In this document: positions 35,748 through 45,700 of the stretch, one piece after another
Layout: every line of letters begins with the position of its first letter
How positions within the stretch are numbered: the first letter of the stretch is position 1
Source: Elusimicrobiota bacterium
Lineage (GTDB): Bacteria > Elusimicrobiota > Elusimicrobia > UBA1565 > UBA9628
Assembly: GCA_027452025.1 (NCBI GenBank)
Contig: DAIDHI010000033.1
Span: 4,737-68,736, forward strand
Length of the DNA stretch: 64,000 nucleotides
Direction: 5' to 3'
The notes under the pieces: generated by a model
What the model was told of the DNA's origin: nothing
The model's input: the letters and a program-made list of their open reading frames with translations, nothing else
The model's database searches: none
Program-made: the position numbers and the translations under genes

Positions 35748-36356
35748 ATGGGCATCGTCATCGAGAAGCTGCCGGGAATCACCAAGGGCCTGCCAGGCGG
35801 GGAACTCCTCCTGACGACGGCCGACTACTTCGTCGATCTGGGCCGCCGGGCGTCGCTTTGGCCGATGACGTTCGGCCTTGCCTGCTGCGCCATCGAAATG
35901 ATGGGCTCCTATGCCTCGCGCTTCGATTTCGACCGCATGGGGGTCATTCCCCGCGCCAGCCCGAGACAGGCCGACGTGATGATCGTGGCGGGCACCGTCT
36001 GCAAGAAGATGGCCGAGCCGATCCTGGAGATCTATCACCAGATGCCCGAGCCGCGCTTCGTCATCTCGATGGGCTCTTGCGCCAACTGCGGCGGGCCCTA
36101 TTACGACTCATACTCGGTGCTCAAGGGCGTGGACAGGATCGTGCCTGTCGACGTATACATCGCGGGCTGCCCTCCCCGTCCCGAGGCCCTGCAATACGCG
36201 GTGGTCAAGCTCCAGGAGAAGATCGCCCGCATGAAGCTCTCCCAAGCGGGAGGAGCCTCGCTCCAGCAGGAGCGAGGCAGCCGCGACGTCGTCGGCGGCG
36301 CGGCGCCCCAGCCGCTGCCCGGTTCGGAGACCGGGCCGCGCATCGAGGTCGGCTGA
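35748..36356 (+). CDS. nuoB: NADH-quinone oxidoreductase subunit B (with a C-terminal extension of about 40 aa)
   Basis: N2-cluster cysteines [20 protein letters not shown] and AGCPPRPE. Confidence 0.95.
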   Translation: MGIVIEKLPGITKGLPGGELLLTTADYFVDLGRRASLWPMTFGLACCAIEMMGSYASRFDFDRMGVIPRASPRQADVMIVAGTVCKKMAEPILEIYHQMPEPRFVISMGSCANCGGPYYDSYSVLKGVDRIVPVDVYIAGCPPRPEALQYAVVKLQEKIARMKLSQAGGASLQQERGSRDVVGGAAPQPLPGSETGPRIEVG

Positions 36357-36357
36357 G

Positions 36358-36927
36358 ATGACCCAAGACGAGCTTTACTCCAAACTGGCGGCGGAGCTGC
36401 CGCACCTTGAGAAGGCCCAGACGCAGGTCAAGGACTATCTCACGATGCGCCTTCCCTCGGCCGATCGCCTTCTCGAGACCGTCCGCGCCCTCAAGGAACG
36501 GCTGGGCTTCGATTACCTGGAGATGGTGAGCGCCACCGACTGGCTCGGGCCCGTCAAGCCGGAAGGCTACATCCGCAACCCGAACCCGATCGTCTTCATG
36601 GCCGAGGGGGCCACGCCGCAAAGCATCCCCACGGCGACGCCGAACTTCCCGTATCGTCCGATGATCGAGCTGGTCTGGATGCTCGCCAACATCCCGGAGA
36701 AGATCAGGCTCGTCCTCAAGCTGGAAGTGCCGCGCGAAGACGCCGCGGTCCCGAGCCTTTGCGGCCTCTTCAAGGCGGCCGACTGGCAAGAGCGCGAGAT
36801 CTACGATTTGATGGGCGTGGCCTTCACGGGCCATCCCAATCTGACGAAGATCCTCACGCCGGAGTTCCTCCAGGGCCATCCGTTGCGCAAGGATTACGTC
36901 CACGTCAAGGACCGCTTCGATGAATAA
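36358..36927 (+). CDS. nuoC: NADH-quinone oxidoreductase subunit C
   Basis: [23 protein letters not shown] and PLRKDY motifs. Confidence 0.9.
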   Translation: MTQDELYSKLAAELPHLEKAQTQVKDYLTMRLPSADRLLETVRALKERLGFDYLEMVSATDWLGPVKPEGYIRNPNPIVFMAEGATPQSIPTATPNFPYRPMIELVWMLANIPEKIRLVLKLEVPREDAAVPSLCGLFKAADWQEREIYDLMGVAFTGHPNLTKILTPEFLQGHPLRKDYVHVKDRFDE

Positions 36928-38062
36928 AGGAGCCATGGCCCCAGACCAGGAGCAGGACACGCCCTTGAAGTCGGACTCGATGTTCATCAATCTTGGCCCG
37001 CAGCACCCGTCGACCCACGGCGTGCTTCGCGTCGGCCTGACCATCGATGGAGAAATGATCACCAAGGCCGTGCCCGACGTCGGCTATCTCCACCGAGGCA
37101 CGTCCAAGCTCGCCGAGGTCCGCGGCTACCATCACTGCGTCGTCCTCACGGACCGCTGGGATTACGTCTCCGCGATGCCCAACAACCTGGTCTTCTGCCT
37201 GGCCGCGGAACGCCTGATGGGGCTAAATGTGCCGCCGCGCGGCGACGTCCTGCGCGTGCTCATGTGCGAGCTCAACCGCATCGCCAGCCACCTGCTGTTC
37301 TTCGGGACCTACGGCATCGACATCGGCGCCTTCACGCCGTTCCTCTACGCTTTCCGCGAACGAGAGATGATCCTCGACCTCTTCGAGATGGTCAGCGGCG
37401 CGCGCCTGACCTACAACTACATCCGCCTCGGCGGCGTGATGGTGGATGTGACCGACGAGTGGGTGGCCAAGTGCCGCGAGTTCATCGAGTACTTCAAGCC
37501 GCGACTCGACGAGTACGACACGCTCCTCACTTATAATCCGATCTTCATGGCGCGCACCGAGAAGGTCGGCCTCATCCCGCCGCAGACGGCGGTCAACTGG
37601 GGCCTCTCGGGCCCCAACCTGCGCGGGTCGGGCGTCAATTACGACGTGCGCAAGGCCGACCCGTATTGCGGCTACGAGCAATACGACTTCGAGATTCCGC
37701 TGGGCAAGACCGGCTCTTGCTGGGATCGCTACTTCTGTCGCGTCTCGGAGATGCGCCAGTCGGTGCGCATCGTCTTGCAGGCTCTCGACAAGCTCGCGCC
37801 GGGACCGGTCATGGCCCCCGGAGTGGCGAAGGTGCCCAAGCCCCAGCCGGGCGAGGCGTACGCTCACGTCGAGGGCGCGCGAGGCGACCTGGGCATCTTC
37901 CTCGTCTCCGACGGCCAGGCAAGCCCCTATCGCATGCACGTGAAGGCGCCGTCCTTCATGAATCTGGCCATCCTCCAGGAGCTGCTGGTCGGCAACAAGG
38001 TCTCCGACGTGATCGCCATCCTGGGGTCGACCGACATCGTCTTGGGCGAGGTGGACCGTTAA
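36920..38062 (+). CDS. nuoD: NADH-quinone oxidoreductase subunit D
   Basis: [23 protein letters not shown] and the C-terminal DIVLGEVDR motifs. An alternative start is ATG 36935. Confidence 0.95.
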   Translation: MNKGAMAPDQEQDTPLKSDSMFINLGPQHPSTHGVLRVGLTIDGEMITKAVPDVGYLHRGTSKLAEVRGYHHCVVLTDRWDYVSAMPNNLVFCLAAERLMGLNVPPRGDVLRVLMCELNRIASHLLFFGTYGIDIGAFTPFLYAFREREMILDLFEMVSGARLTYNYIRLGGVMVDVTDEWVAKCREFIEYFKPRLDEYDTLLTYNPIFMARTEKVGLIPPQTAVNWGLSGPNLRGSGVNYDVRKADPYCGYEQYDFEIPLGKTGSCWDRYFCRVSEMRQSVRIVLQALDKLAPGPVMAPGVAKVPKPQPGEAYAHVEGARGDLGIFLVSDGQASPYRMHVKAPSFMNLAILQELLVGNKVSDVIAILGSTDIVLGEVDR

Positions 38063-39442
38063 ATGAGCGAACCGGCGAAGGAAAAGGAAGCCGTACCGGC
38101 GGCGACGCCAGCGAATGTCGTGCCGGCCGGGGCGGCGGCAGCGCCGGCGGCCGCCGCGGGCACCGTCGCCCCGAAGCCGGCGCCGAAAGCCGCCGCCAAG
38201 CCCCTGCCCACGCCCGTCTTCAACGAGCGCCACGGCAAGCTCATTTTGAATTCCCGCTACTGGCCCACCGAACTGTGGAAGAGCCCTTGGTCGCTGCCCA
38301 GCTACCGCAAAGGAGCGCTGGTGCTCTTCGGCCTCATCGCCGGCATCCTCCTCACCGGCGCCGCCGTGGGGGAGCTCTCGCGCTGGGCGGATAAGCTCTA
38401 CGCCTTGATCGCCGCCTTCGTCGCGGCCCGGCATTGGCCCGCCGTGACGACCGACGCGGTCTGGGACCTCATCAAGATCCTGATCGTGCTGCACGTCGTG
38501 CTTATCAACGGCCTCTGGGCCATCTGGTGGGAGCGCAAGATCTCCGCGCACATCCAGTCCCGCGTCGGACCGACTTACGCGGGAGGCTGGCACGGCTGGG
38601 CTCAGACTCTCCTCGACGGCGTCAAGCTGCTGCTCAAAGAGGACATCACGCCGACGGCCGCCGACAAGTGGGTGCACGCCCTGGCCCCGGCGATCGTCGT
38701 GGCGCCCGTGATCATTGCCTTCGCCCCGGTGACCTTCGGCAAGCAGCTGGCGGCGGCGAACCTCGACATGGGCGTGCTCTACATCTTCGCCTTCGCGGGG
38801 ATCTCCGTCATCGGCGTCATCATGGCCGGCTGGGCGTCCGGCAACAAGTACTCGCTGCTCGGCGGCCTGCGCGCTTCCGCGCAGCTCGTCAGCTACGAGC
38901 TGCCTCGCGGCTTTTCGATCGTCCCGGTCCTGATGTTCGCCGGCTCCCTGAACCTCTCCACCATCGCCGACGCGCAAGCGGGCTACTGGCACGGCTTGCC
39001 CCGCTGGTTCATCTTCTATCCGGTGATCGGGCCGCTCGCCTTCGTGATCTTTCTCATCGCCTCGGTCGCGGAGACCAACCGCACCCCCTTCGACATCCCG
39101 GAGGCCGAGTCCGAGCTCGTGAGCGGCTTTCATACGGAATATTCGGGTATGAAGTGGTCGATCTTCTTCCTGGCCGAATACGGCTACGTCCTGCTCGCCT
39201 CGTTTTTGCTGGCGACGTTTTTCCTCGGCGGCGGCGCCTCTCCCTTCGCCTTCGACCACGTGATCCCGAGCTGGATTTGGATGCTGGGCAAGGCGATGCT
39301 GATGATGTTCACGTTCCTCTGGATTCGCTGGACGTTCCCGCGCTTGCGCGCCGACCAGCTGATGGATTTCAACTGGAAGTTCCTGCTCCCCTGGAGCTTC
39401 GCCAATATCGCCTTCGCGGGCCTGTTCCTCCTCTTCCGATGA
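38063..39442 (+). CDS. nuoH: NADH-quinone oxidoreductase subunit H with an N-terminal extension of about 120 aa
   Basis: The core begins around WWERKISAHIQSRVGP, with ETNRTPFDIPEAESELVSGFHTEYSG further on. The ATG directly abuts the nuoD stop (TAAATG). Confidence 0.85.
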   Translation: MSEPAKEKEAVPAATPANVVPAGAAAAPAAAAGTVAPKPAPKAAAKPLPTPVFNERHGKLILNSRYWPTELWKSPWSLPSYRKGALVLFGLIAGILLTGAAVGELSRWADKLYALIAAFVAARHWPAVTTDAVWDLIKILIVLHVVLINGLWAIWWERKISAHIQSRVGPTYAGGWHGWAQTLLDGVKLLLKEDITPTAADKWVHALAPAIVVAPVIIAFAPVTFGKQLAAANLDMGVLYIFAFAGISVIGVIMAGWASGNKYSLLGGLRASAQLVSYELPRGFSIVPVLMFAGSLNLSTIADAQAGYWHGLPRWFIFYPVIGPLAFVIFLIASVAETNRTPFDIPEAESELVSGFHTEYSGMKWSIFFLAEYGYVLLASFLLATFFLGGGASPFAFDHVIPSWIWMLGKAMLMMFTFLWIRWTFPRLRADQLMDFNWKFLLPWSFANIAFAGLFLLFR

Positions 39443-39966
39443 TCGAATACTTCTCGAAGGTCTTTCGCGGCGCCTGGGCCACCGTGGCCGGGATGATGGT
39501 GACGCTCAAATACATGGTCAAGCCCTCCGTCACGGTGCATTATCCGACGGAGAAGCTCGTGCCTTTCGAGCGCTTCCGGGGGGCGCTGCTTTTCGACCCG
39601 GGCACCTGCATCTCCTGCAATCTGTGCGTGAAGGCTTGCCCCTCGACCTGCATCACGCTCGAGAACGCCACCATCCCCGACCCCAAGAATCCCGCGATCA
39701 AGAAAAAGGTCGCCAAGGTGGACTGGTACACCATCGATTTCGGCAAATGCAACTTTTGCCGGCTTTGCGAGGAATCCTGCCCGACCAAGCCGAAGTCGGT
39801 CTGGCATTCGCTCGACTACGAGGTCGTGTTCTTCTCCCGCGACGAGATGGTCCGGTGCTGGAAGGCGGGCACGAAGTTCGTCGGCCAGTATTGGGACCGC
39901 AAAGAGAAGGCCTTCAAGGATCCCGAGGGACAGATTCAGATCCAAGACGTGCAGGCGAGGCGCTAG
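39439..39966 (+). CDS. nuoI: NADH-quinone oxidoreductase subunit I
   Basis: Two 4Fe-4S motifs, CISCNLCVKACP and CNFCRLCEESCP. ATGA overlap with nuoH. Confidence 0.9.
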   Translation: MIEYFSKVFRGAWATVAGMMVTLKYMVKPSVTVHYPTEKLVPFERFRGALLFDPGTCISCNLCVKACPSTCITLENATIPDPKNPAIKKKVAKVDWYTIDFGKCNFCRLCEESCPTKPKSVWHSLDYEVVFFSRDEMVRCWKAGTKFVGQYWDRKEKAFKDPEGQIQIQDVQARR

Positions 39967-40461
39967 ATGCTCGAACAGATCGTCTTCTATTCGCTGGCCG
40001 CGCTGATCACCGCGTCGGCCCTTATGGTCGTGACGGCGAGGAACACAGTGCACTCCGCCCTGTTCTTGGGCCTGTGCTTGGCCGGCGTGGGGGGGATTTT
40101 CGCGCTGCTCGGAGCCGATTTTCTTTTCGCAGGCCAGATCATGGTCTATGTCGGCGGCATCGCCGTCCTGATCATGTTCGTGGTCATGCTCCTCGGCCGG
40201 GCCTCCGACCTGCACCTGCGACAGATGAACAAGCAGTGGGCGGCGGCGCTGCTGGTCTGCGCCGCCTCGCTGGCCGGGTTCTGGAAGATCGTGCGGATGG
40301 CGGGCGGGGCCCTCGCGACGGCGCCGGTCAAGCCGACGACCGGCCCGCTGGGTCTCATCATGATGGGCGACTACGCCCTGCCTTTCGAGCTCGTCTCCCT
40401 GGTGCTGACCGGGGCGCTGCTCGGGGCGATCTTTTTCTCCCGCAGCGAGAAAAGCCAATGA
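39967..40461 (+). CDS. nuoJ: NADH-quinone oxidoreductase subunit J
   Basis: Typical NuoJ TM pattern (FLFAGQIMVYVGGIAVLIMFVVML) and position in the operon. Confidence 0.85.
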   Translation: MLEQIVFYSLAALITASALMVVTARNTVHSALFLGLCLAGVGGIFALLGADFLFAGQIMVYVGGIAVLIMFVVMLLGRASDLHLRQMNKQWAAALLVCAASLAGFWKIVRMAGGALATAPVKPTTGPLGLIMMGDYALPFELVSLVLTGALLGAIFFSRSEKSQ

Positions 40462-40763
40462 ACCTGGGAAGCTACGTCGCTCTGTCGGCCGCGTTGTTTT
40501 TGATCGGGGTCTTCGGCGCCCTGACCCGGCGCAACATCATCGGCATTCTCATGGCCATCGAGCTCATGTTCAACGCCGCCAACATCAACCTGGCCGCTTT
40601 CAACCGATATCTGCATCCGGGCGGCATCATCGGCCAGACCCTGGCGCTCTTCATCATCAGCATCGCCGCCGCCGAGGTCGTGGTCGGCCTGTCGCTGGTC
40701 CTGGCGATCTACCGCAACACCGACACCGTCTACGTCGAGGACTACAACCTGCTCAAGGGATAA
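40458..40763 (+). CDS. nuoK: NADH-quinone oxidoreductase subunit K
   Basis: 101 aa with three TM helices, ILMAIELMFNAANINL and IAAAEVVVGLSLVLAIYR. ATGA overlap with nuoJ. Confidence 0.9.
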   Translation: MNLGSYVALSAALFLIGVFGALTRRNIIGILMAIELMFNAANINLAAFNRYLHPGGIIGQTLALFIISIAAAEVVVGLSLVLAIYRNTDTVYVEDYNLLKG

Positions 40764-40767
40764 GCCC

Positions 40768-42732
40768 ATGCTTGAACACGTCTACCTCATCCCGCTGATC
40801 CCGCTATTCGCCTCCCTGGTCATCCTTCTGGGCTTCAAGGAGGACCCGCACTCTCCGGCGCCCTACCTCGGCCTCGCGGCGATGGGCTGGTGCCTGCTGC
40901 AGGCCGTCTCGATCTTCTGGGGCGTGGCCGGGGGCCGCATCGTTCTGCCTTACGAAGCCAGCATCAATTGGTTTCCCCTGGCGACCGAGGTGGCCGGCAA
41001 GGCGTTTTCCTACCAGATGCCGATCGGCGTCCTTATCGACGGCCCGGCGGCCGTGATGCTCGTCGTCGTGACGCTGGTGAGCTTCCTCGTCCAGCTCTAT
41101 TCGCTCGGCTACATGCACGGCGATTCGCGCTTCAGGCGCTACTACGCCTTCCTCTCTTTCTTCACGGCTTCGATGCTGGGCCTGGTCGTTTCCAACAATC
41201 TCCTGGTCACGTTCATGTGCTGGGAGCTGGTGGGCGTCTCCTCTTACCTGCTCATCGGCTTCTGGTTCGAGAAGCCCGGGCCCGCGTACGCTTCCAAGAA
41301 GGCGTTCATGACGACGAAGCTCGGCGACTGCGGCCTCTACCTGGCGCTCCTCTTCATCTTCACGAAGGTCGGCAGCTTCCAGATCGATCAGGTCCGCGAG
41401 TTCGCGACCCGCGGATATTTCGGGATGGGCGCGGCGACGGCGATCGGCTTCGGCCTGCTGTGCGGCTGCGCCGGCAAGTCGGCGCAATGGCCCCTCTTCA
41501 TCTGGCTGCCCGATGCCATGGAGGGCCCGACGCCGGTGTCGGCCCTCATCCACGCGGCCACCATGGTGGCCGCCGGCATCTACCTCATCGCCAAGACGTA
41601 CTTCATCTTCCTGGCCGCCCCGATCGCGATGGAGGCCGTGGCCTGGATCGGCCTCATCACGGCTTTTCTCGCGGCGTCGATGGCCTTGGTCTCCTACGAC
41701 ATCAAGCGCGTCCTCGCCTTCTCCACCGTTTCCCAGCTCGGCTTCATGATGTGCGCGCTGGGGGCGGGGGGCTACACCGCCGGCCTGTTCCATCTGACCA
41801 CGCACGCTTTCTTCAAGGGCCTCCTCTTCTTGGGCGCGGGCTCGGTGATCCATGCCGTGCACACCAACGATATGCGCTCGATGGGCGGCCTGTCGAAAAA
41901 GATGCCCATCACGTTCCTGACGATGCTCGCGGCGACTCTGGCCATCTCCGGCGTTTGGCCCTTTGCGGGCTATTTCTCCAAGGACATGATCCTTGAAAGC
42001 GTCTATCATCACAGCCCCGTCATGTTCTACTTGCTGACCGCGGCCGCCTTGATGACGGCCTTCTACATGTTCCGCTTGATCTCCATGACCTTCCTGGGCC
42101 CCGACCGCGACCACGAGAAGCACCACCACGCGCACGAGTCTCCGCTGGTGATGACCGTGCCCCTCATGGTCCTCGGCCTCCTGTCCGTCGTCGCCGGCGC
42201 CGCACTGGCCCACGACGGCTTCGTGGAGCGCCTGCTGTCGTTCCCGATGCCGCAGACGCCGGGGCCGGAGTTTCCGAGGGCTCTGGGCCTGGGCGTCAGC
42301 GCCTTGGTCTTGTGTTCGCTGGCCCTGTCCTGGTTCCTCTACGGGCGCGGCGACTTCTCGATCGCCGAGGCCGTTAAGAAGCGCTTTTCCGCCGTCTTCA
42401 ACGTCCTCGAGGGCCGTTATTATTTCGACCAGTTGTTCCTGGGTCTGGTCGCCGTCGCCGACGGCGCGGCCAAGCTCGCCTTCTGGATCGACGCGCGCGT
42501 CATCGACCAGACGTTCGTCGACGGCTGGGGGTTGCTCATGCGGGTGTTCTCGGAGCTCAGCGCCTTGTTCGACGGCCTCTTCATCGACCGCACGGTGGAC
42601 GGCTTCGGGGGCTTGAGCTCGGACCTGGGCACGGGCCTGCGCGCCTTGGTCGCCGATGGGCAGGTGCAGGAGTATTTGCTGTACGCGGCGATCGCCGTGA
42701 GCTTGGCCACGATCTTCATCTTGTCGCGTTGA
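40768..42732 (+). CDS. nuoL: NADH-quinone oxidoreductase subunit L
   Basis: Antiporter-like core (FMCWELVGVSSYLLIGFW, WLPDAMEGPTPVSALIHAATMV) plus the long C-terminal lateral-helix region. Confidence 0.95.
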   Translation: MLEHVYLIPLIPLFASLVILLGFKEDPHSPAPYLGLAAMGWCLLQAVSIFWGVAGGRIVLPYEASINWFPLATEVAGKAFSYQMPIGVLIDGPAAVMLVVVTLVSFLVQLYSLGYMHGDSRFRRYYAFLSFFTASMLGLVVSNNLLVTFMCWELVGVSSYLLIGFWFEKPGPAYASKKAFMTTKLGDCGLYLALLFIFTKVGSFQIDQVREFATRGYFGMGAATAIGFGLLCGCAGKSAQWPLFIWLPDAMEGPTPVSALIHAATMVAAGIYLIAKTYFIFLAAPIAMEAVAWIGLITAFLAASMALVSYDIKRVLAFSTVSQLGFMMCALGAGGYTAGLFHLTTHAFFKGLLFLGAGSVIHAVHTNDMRSMGGLSKKMPITFLTMLAATLAISGVWPFAGYFSKDMILESVYHHSPVMFYLLTAAALMTAFYMFRLISMTFLGPDRDHEKHHHAHESPLVMTVPLMVLGLLSVVAGAALAHDGFVERLLSFPMPQTPGPEFPRALGLGVSALVLCSLALSWFLYGRGDFSIAEAVKKRFSAVFNVLEGRYYFDQLFLGLVAVADGAAKLAFWIDARVIDQTFVDGWGLLMRVFSELSALFDGLFIDRTVDGFGGLSSDLGTGLRALVADGQVQEYLLYAAIAVSLATIFILSR

Positions 42733-42781
42733 GCAAGGATTTGACGGAAGCAAATTCAATGAGGAAGCAGGGGTCTAACGT

Positions 42782-44242
42782 ATGAACATGCTGAGCCTGG
42801 TCACTTTCATTCCCTTGGCGGGGGCGCTGCTCGTCCTGGCGCTGCCCAAGGAGCGCGTCAAGGCGATCCAAGCGACGGCGCTGGCGAGCGCCGGGGCCTC
42901 CCTGGCCCTGTCGATCGCGCTGATCCCGCTGTTCAACCGGGGCTCGGCCGACATGCAGTTCGTCGAGCGGCTGTCCTGGATCCCCTCGATGGATATCCAC
43001 TATGTCCTCGGCGTCGACGGCCTCTCCTTCCCGCTGCTGCTGCTGACGACCTTCATCAGCTTCATCGCCCTGATCGGGTCGCTGGGCATCAAGGAGCGCG
43101 TCAAGGAGTATTTCTTCTGGTTCCTGGTCCTGGAAGTGGGCATGCTCGGCGTCTTCGAGGCCCTCGACCTCGTGCTTTTCTACGTGTTCTGGGAGCTCTG
43201 CCTCGTCCCGATGTATTTCCTGATCGGCATCTGGGGCGGCCCGCGCAAGGAGTTCGCCGCGATCAAGTTCTTCCTGTATACCCTGGCCGGCTCCGTTTTC
43301 ATGCTGCTGGCCATCCTGGCCGTCTACTTCAACACGGCCCCGCACACCTTCGACATGATCGCCTTGATGAAGGCCCACTCCGCTTGGAGCCTGAAGTTCC
43401 AGATCCTGGTATTCCTGGGCTTCTACCTGGCCTTCGCTATCAAGATTCCGGCCTTCCCGTTCCATACCTGGCTGCCGTTGGCGCACGTCGAGGCGCCGAC
43501 CGCCGTTTCCGTCATCCTGGCCGCCGTGCTGCTCAAGATGGGCCTCTACGGCCTGCTGCGCGTCTGCTACGAGATGCTCCCGCTGGGCTTTCACTGGTTC
43601 CTGCCCTTCCTGATCGCCATCGCCGTAATCAACATCGTCTACGGCGCCCTGTGCGCCATGGCGCAGACGGACATGAAGAAGATGGTCGCCTATTCCTCGG
43701 TCAACCACATGGGCTACTGCCTGCTGGGCGTGGCCGGCGTCTCGGCGATCGGATTTTCGGGCGCCGTGCTCCAGATGATCAACCACGGCATCATCACCGG
43801 CTCCCTGTTCCTTCTCGTCGGCGTGATCTACGACCGCGCCCATACGCGCGACATCTCGGCCTTCGGCGGCCTCGCCGCCCGGGTGCCGATCTATGCCGGC
43901 CTGATGTTTTTGGCCTGCTTCGCCTCCCTGGGCCTGCCCGGGCTGGCGGGCTTCGTCAGCGAGTTCATGTGCTTCCTCGGGGGCTTCGCGCAGTGGAAGA
44001 TCTATACGGCGATCTCGGTGCTGGGCGTGCTCGCCACGGCGGCCTTTTTCCTGCGCATGATGGAGAAGGTCTTCCTCGGGCCGCTCAACAACAAGTGGGC
44101 GGGACTTTCCGACATGAGCGCTCGCGAACTGTGCTCGATCGTGCCGCTGACCGTGCTGACCATCGCTTTCGGCGTCTGGCCGAAGCTCGCGTTGGCCTTC
44201 ATCAATACCACGGCGGTGCAGATGGCCGGCCTCTTCAAATAA
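42782..44242 (+). CDS. nuoM: NADH-quinone oxidoreductase subunit M
   Basis: FYVFWELCLVPMYFLIGIWG and HTWLPLAHVEAPTAVSVILA motifs. Confidence 0.95.
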   Translation: MNMLSLVTFIPLAGALLVLALPKERVKAIQATALASAGASLALSIALIPLFNRGSADMQFVERLSWIPSMDIHYVLGVDGLSFPLLLLTTFISFIALIGSLGIKERVKEYFFWFLVLEVGMLGVFEALDLVLFYVFWELCLVPMYFLIGIWGGPRKEFAAIKFFLYTLAGSVFMLLAILAVYFNTAPHTFDMIALMKAHSAWSLKFQILVFLGFYLAFAIKIPAFPFHTWLPLAHVEAPTAVSVILAAVLLKMGLYGLLRVCYEMLPLGFHWFLPFLIAIAVINIVYGALCAMAQTDMKKMVAYSSVNHMGYCLLGVAGVSAIGFSGAVLQMINHGIITGSLFLLVGVIYDRAHTRDISAFGGLAARVPIYAGLMFLACFASLGLPGLAGFVSEFMCFLGGFAQWKIYTAISVLGVLATAAFFLRMMEKVFLGPLNNKWAGLSDMSARELCSIVPLTVLTIAFGVWPKLALAFINTTAVQMAGLFK

Positions 44243-44245
44243 GCG

Positions 44246-45670
44246 ATGAGCAACCTCCACCTCCTCTCCCCGGAGCTGGCCCTGGGCGGCATGGCCCTCG
44301 GCCTGATGGTCGCCGACCTTTTTGTGGCAGCCAAGCACGGCCGGCTCCTCTACCATTTGGGGTGGCTGGTCTCGATTCTGGCGCTGGTGATGGTCGGCTA
44401 CACCATCTCGAACTCCGCCGCGGGACAGGGCGTGGGCAGCCTGTGGGCCGTGGACCCGATGAGCCAGTTCTTCAAGATGCTCATCCTGCTGACGACCGTC
44501 CTCTGCCTGCTGATGGGGCTGGAGTACAAGGATTTGCCGCCGGCTCACGCGGGGACGTTCGTCTGCCTGCTCCTTTTTTCGGCGGTCGGGATGATGCTGC
44601 TGGTCTCTTCCGTCGACTTGCTTCTGACCTTCGTGGCCCTCGAGCTCATCTCGCTGACCTCCTTCATCCTGGCCGGTTTCGAGCGGCGCAACCACAAGTC
44701 CAACGAGGGCTCGGTCAAGTATTTCCTGTTCGGAGCGTTCTCCTCGGCCATCATGGCCTACGGCATCTCGCTTTTCTACGGCGCCACGGGCACCACGAGG
44801 CTGGTCGGCGTCGGCCACGACGGCGGGCCGATGTTCCTGCTCGGCTTGCTGATGATCCTGCTGGGCTTCTGCTTCAAGGCCTCGATCGCGCCCATGCACT
44901 TCTGGGTGCCTGACGCTTACGAAGGGGCACCGACTCCCGTGACGGCCTTCCTGTCCTTGGCGCCCAAGATCGCCACCCTGGGCGCGATGGTGCGCCTCTT
45001 CACGGTTCTGCTGCCCGCTTCGGCTTTCAACCTGACCACGCTCTTCGTGGTCCTGGCCGCGGCGACGATGACCGTGGGCAACTTCACGGCGTTTTTCCAG
45101 AACAACGTCAAGCGCCTCCTCGCCTACTCCTCGATCGCGCAGGCGGGCTACATCCTCATCGGGATCGCTTCCGGCAATACGATCGGCACCGAGGGCGTGC
45201 TGCTCTATTCCTTCGTCTACGTCGCCATGAACATCGGGGCCTTCGCCGTCGCCCAGTCCGTCGCCTCGCGCAGCGACGGGGCCGGCGCCTATGACCTGGA
45301 GGCTTTCAATGGCCTGGCGCGGCGCTCTTTCGGCCTGGCCCTGGCGATGGCGTTCTTCCTGCTCTCGCTTTCCGGTATCCCGCCCTTGGCCGGGTTCATC
45401 GGCAAGTTCTATATCTTCTCGGCGGCCGTCCAGTCGGGCCATATGGGCCTGGCCGTCATCGCCGTGATCAATAGCGTGGTTTCCGTCTACTACTACATGC
45501 GGGTGGTTTACCACATGTTCTTCAAGCCGGCTGCCGACGAGACGCCTCTAGCCGTCGGGCCTTTCCTTTATGGCGGCTTGGCCATCGCCATGGCCGGCAT
45601 CCTGGCCTTCGGCGTCTACCCCGAGCCGCTGGTCGCCAGCGTCCAAGCCTCGGCTCAATACCTGCCCTGA
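44246..45670 (+). CDS. nuoN: NADH-quinone oxidoreductase subunit N
   Basis: FVALELISLTSFILAGF and HFWVPDAYEGAPTPVTAFL motifs. Confidence 0.95.
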   Translation: MSNLHLLSPELALGGMALGLMVADLFVAAKHGRLLYHLGWLVSILALVMVGYTISNSAAGQGVGSLWAVDPMSQFFKMLILLTTVLCLLMGLEYKDLPPAHAGTFVCLLLFSAVGMMLLVSSVDLLLTFVALELISLTSFILAGFERRNHKSNEGSVKYFLFGAFSSAIMAYGISLFYGATGTTRLVGVGHDGGPMFLLGLLMILLGFCFKASIAPMHFWVPDAYEGAPTPVTAFLSLAPKIATLGAMVRLFTVLLPASAFNLTTLFVVLAAATMTVGNFTAFFQNNVKRLLAYSSIAQAGYILIGIASGNTIGTEGVLLYSFVYVAMNIGAFAVAQSVASRSDGAGAYDLEAFNGLARRSFGLALAMAFFLLSLSGIPPLAGFIGKFYIFSAAVQSGHMGLAVIAVINSVVSVYYYMRVVYHMFFKPAADETPLAVGPFLYGGLAIAMAGILAFGVYPEPLVASVQASAQYLP

Positions 45671-45700
45671 GGCCGCCTCGTTTCATGCTAGAATAGGCCA

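Noticed and set aside
37223-45514. Very long minus-strand ORFs (37223..39259, 40804..42759, 42716..45514) across the nuo operon
   Set aside because: They are antisense to unmistakable nuoD, nuoH, nuoL, nuoM and nuoN. Their translations are charged, low-complexity sequence with no TM helices.
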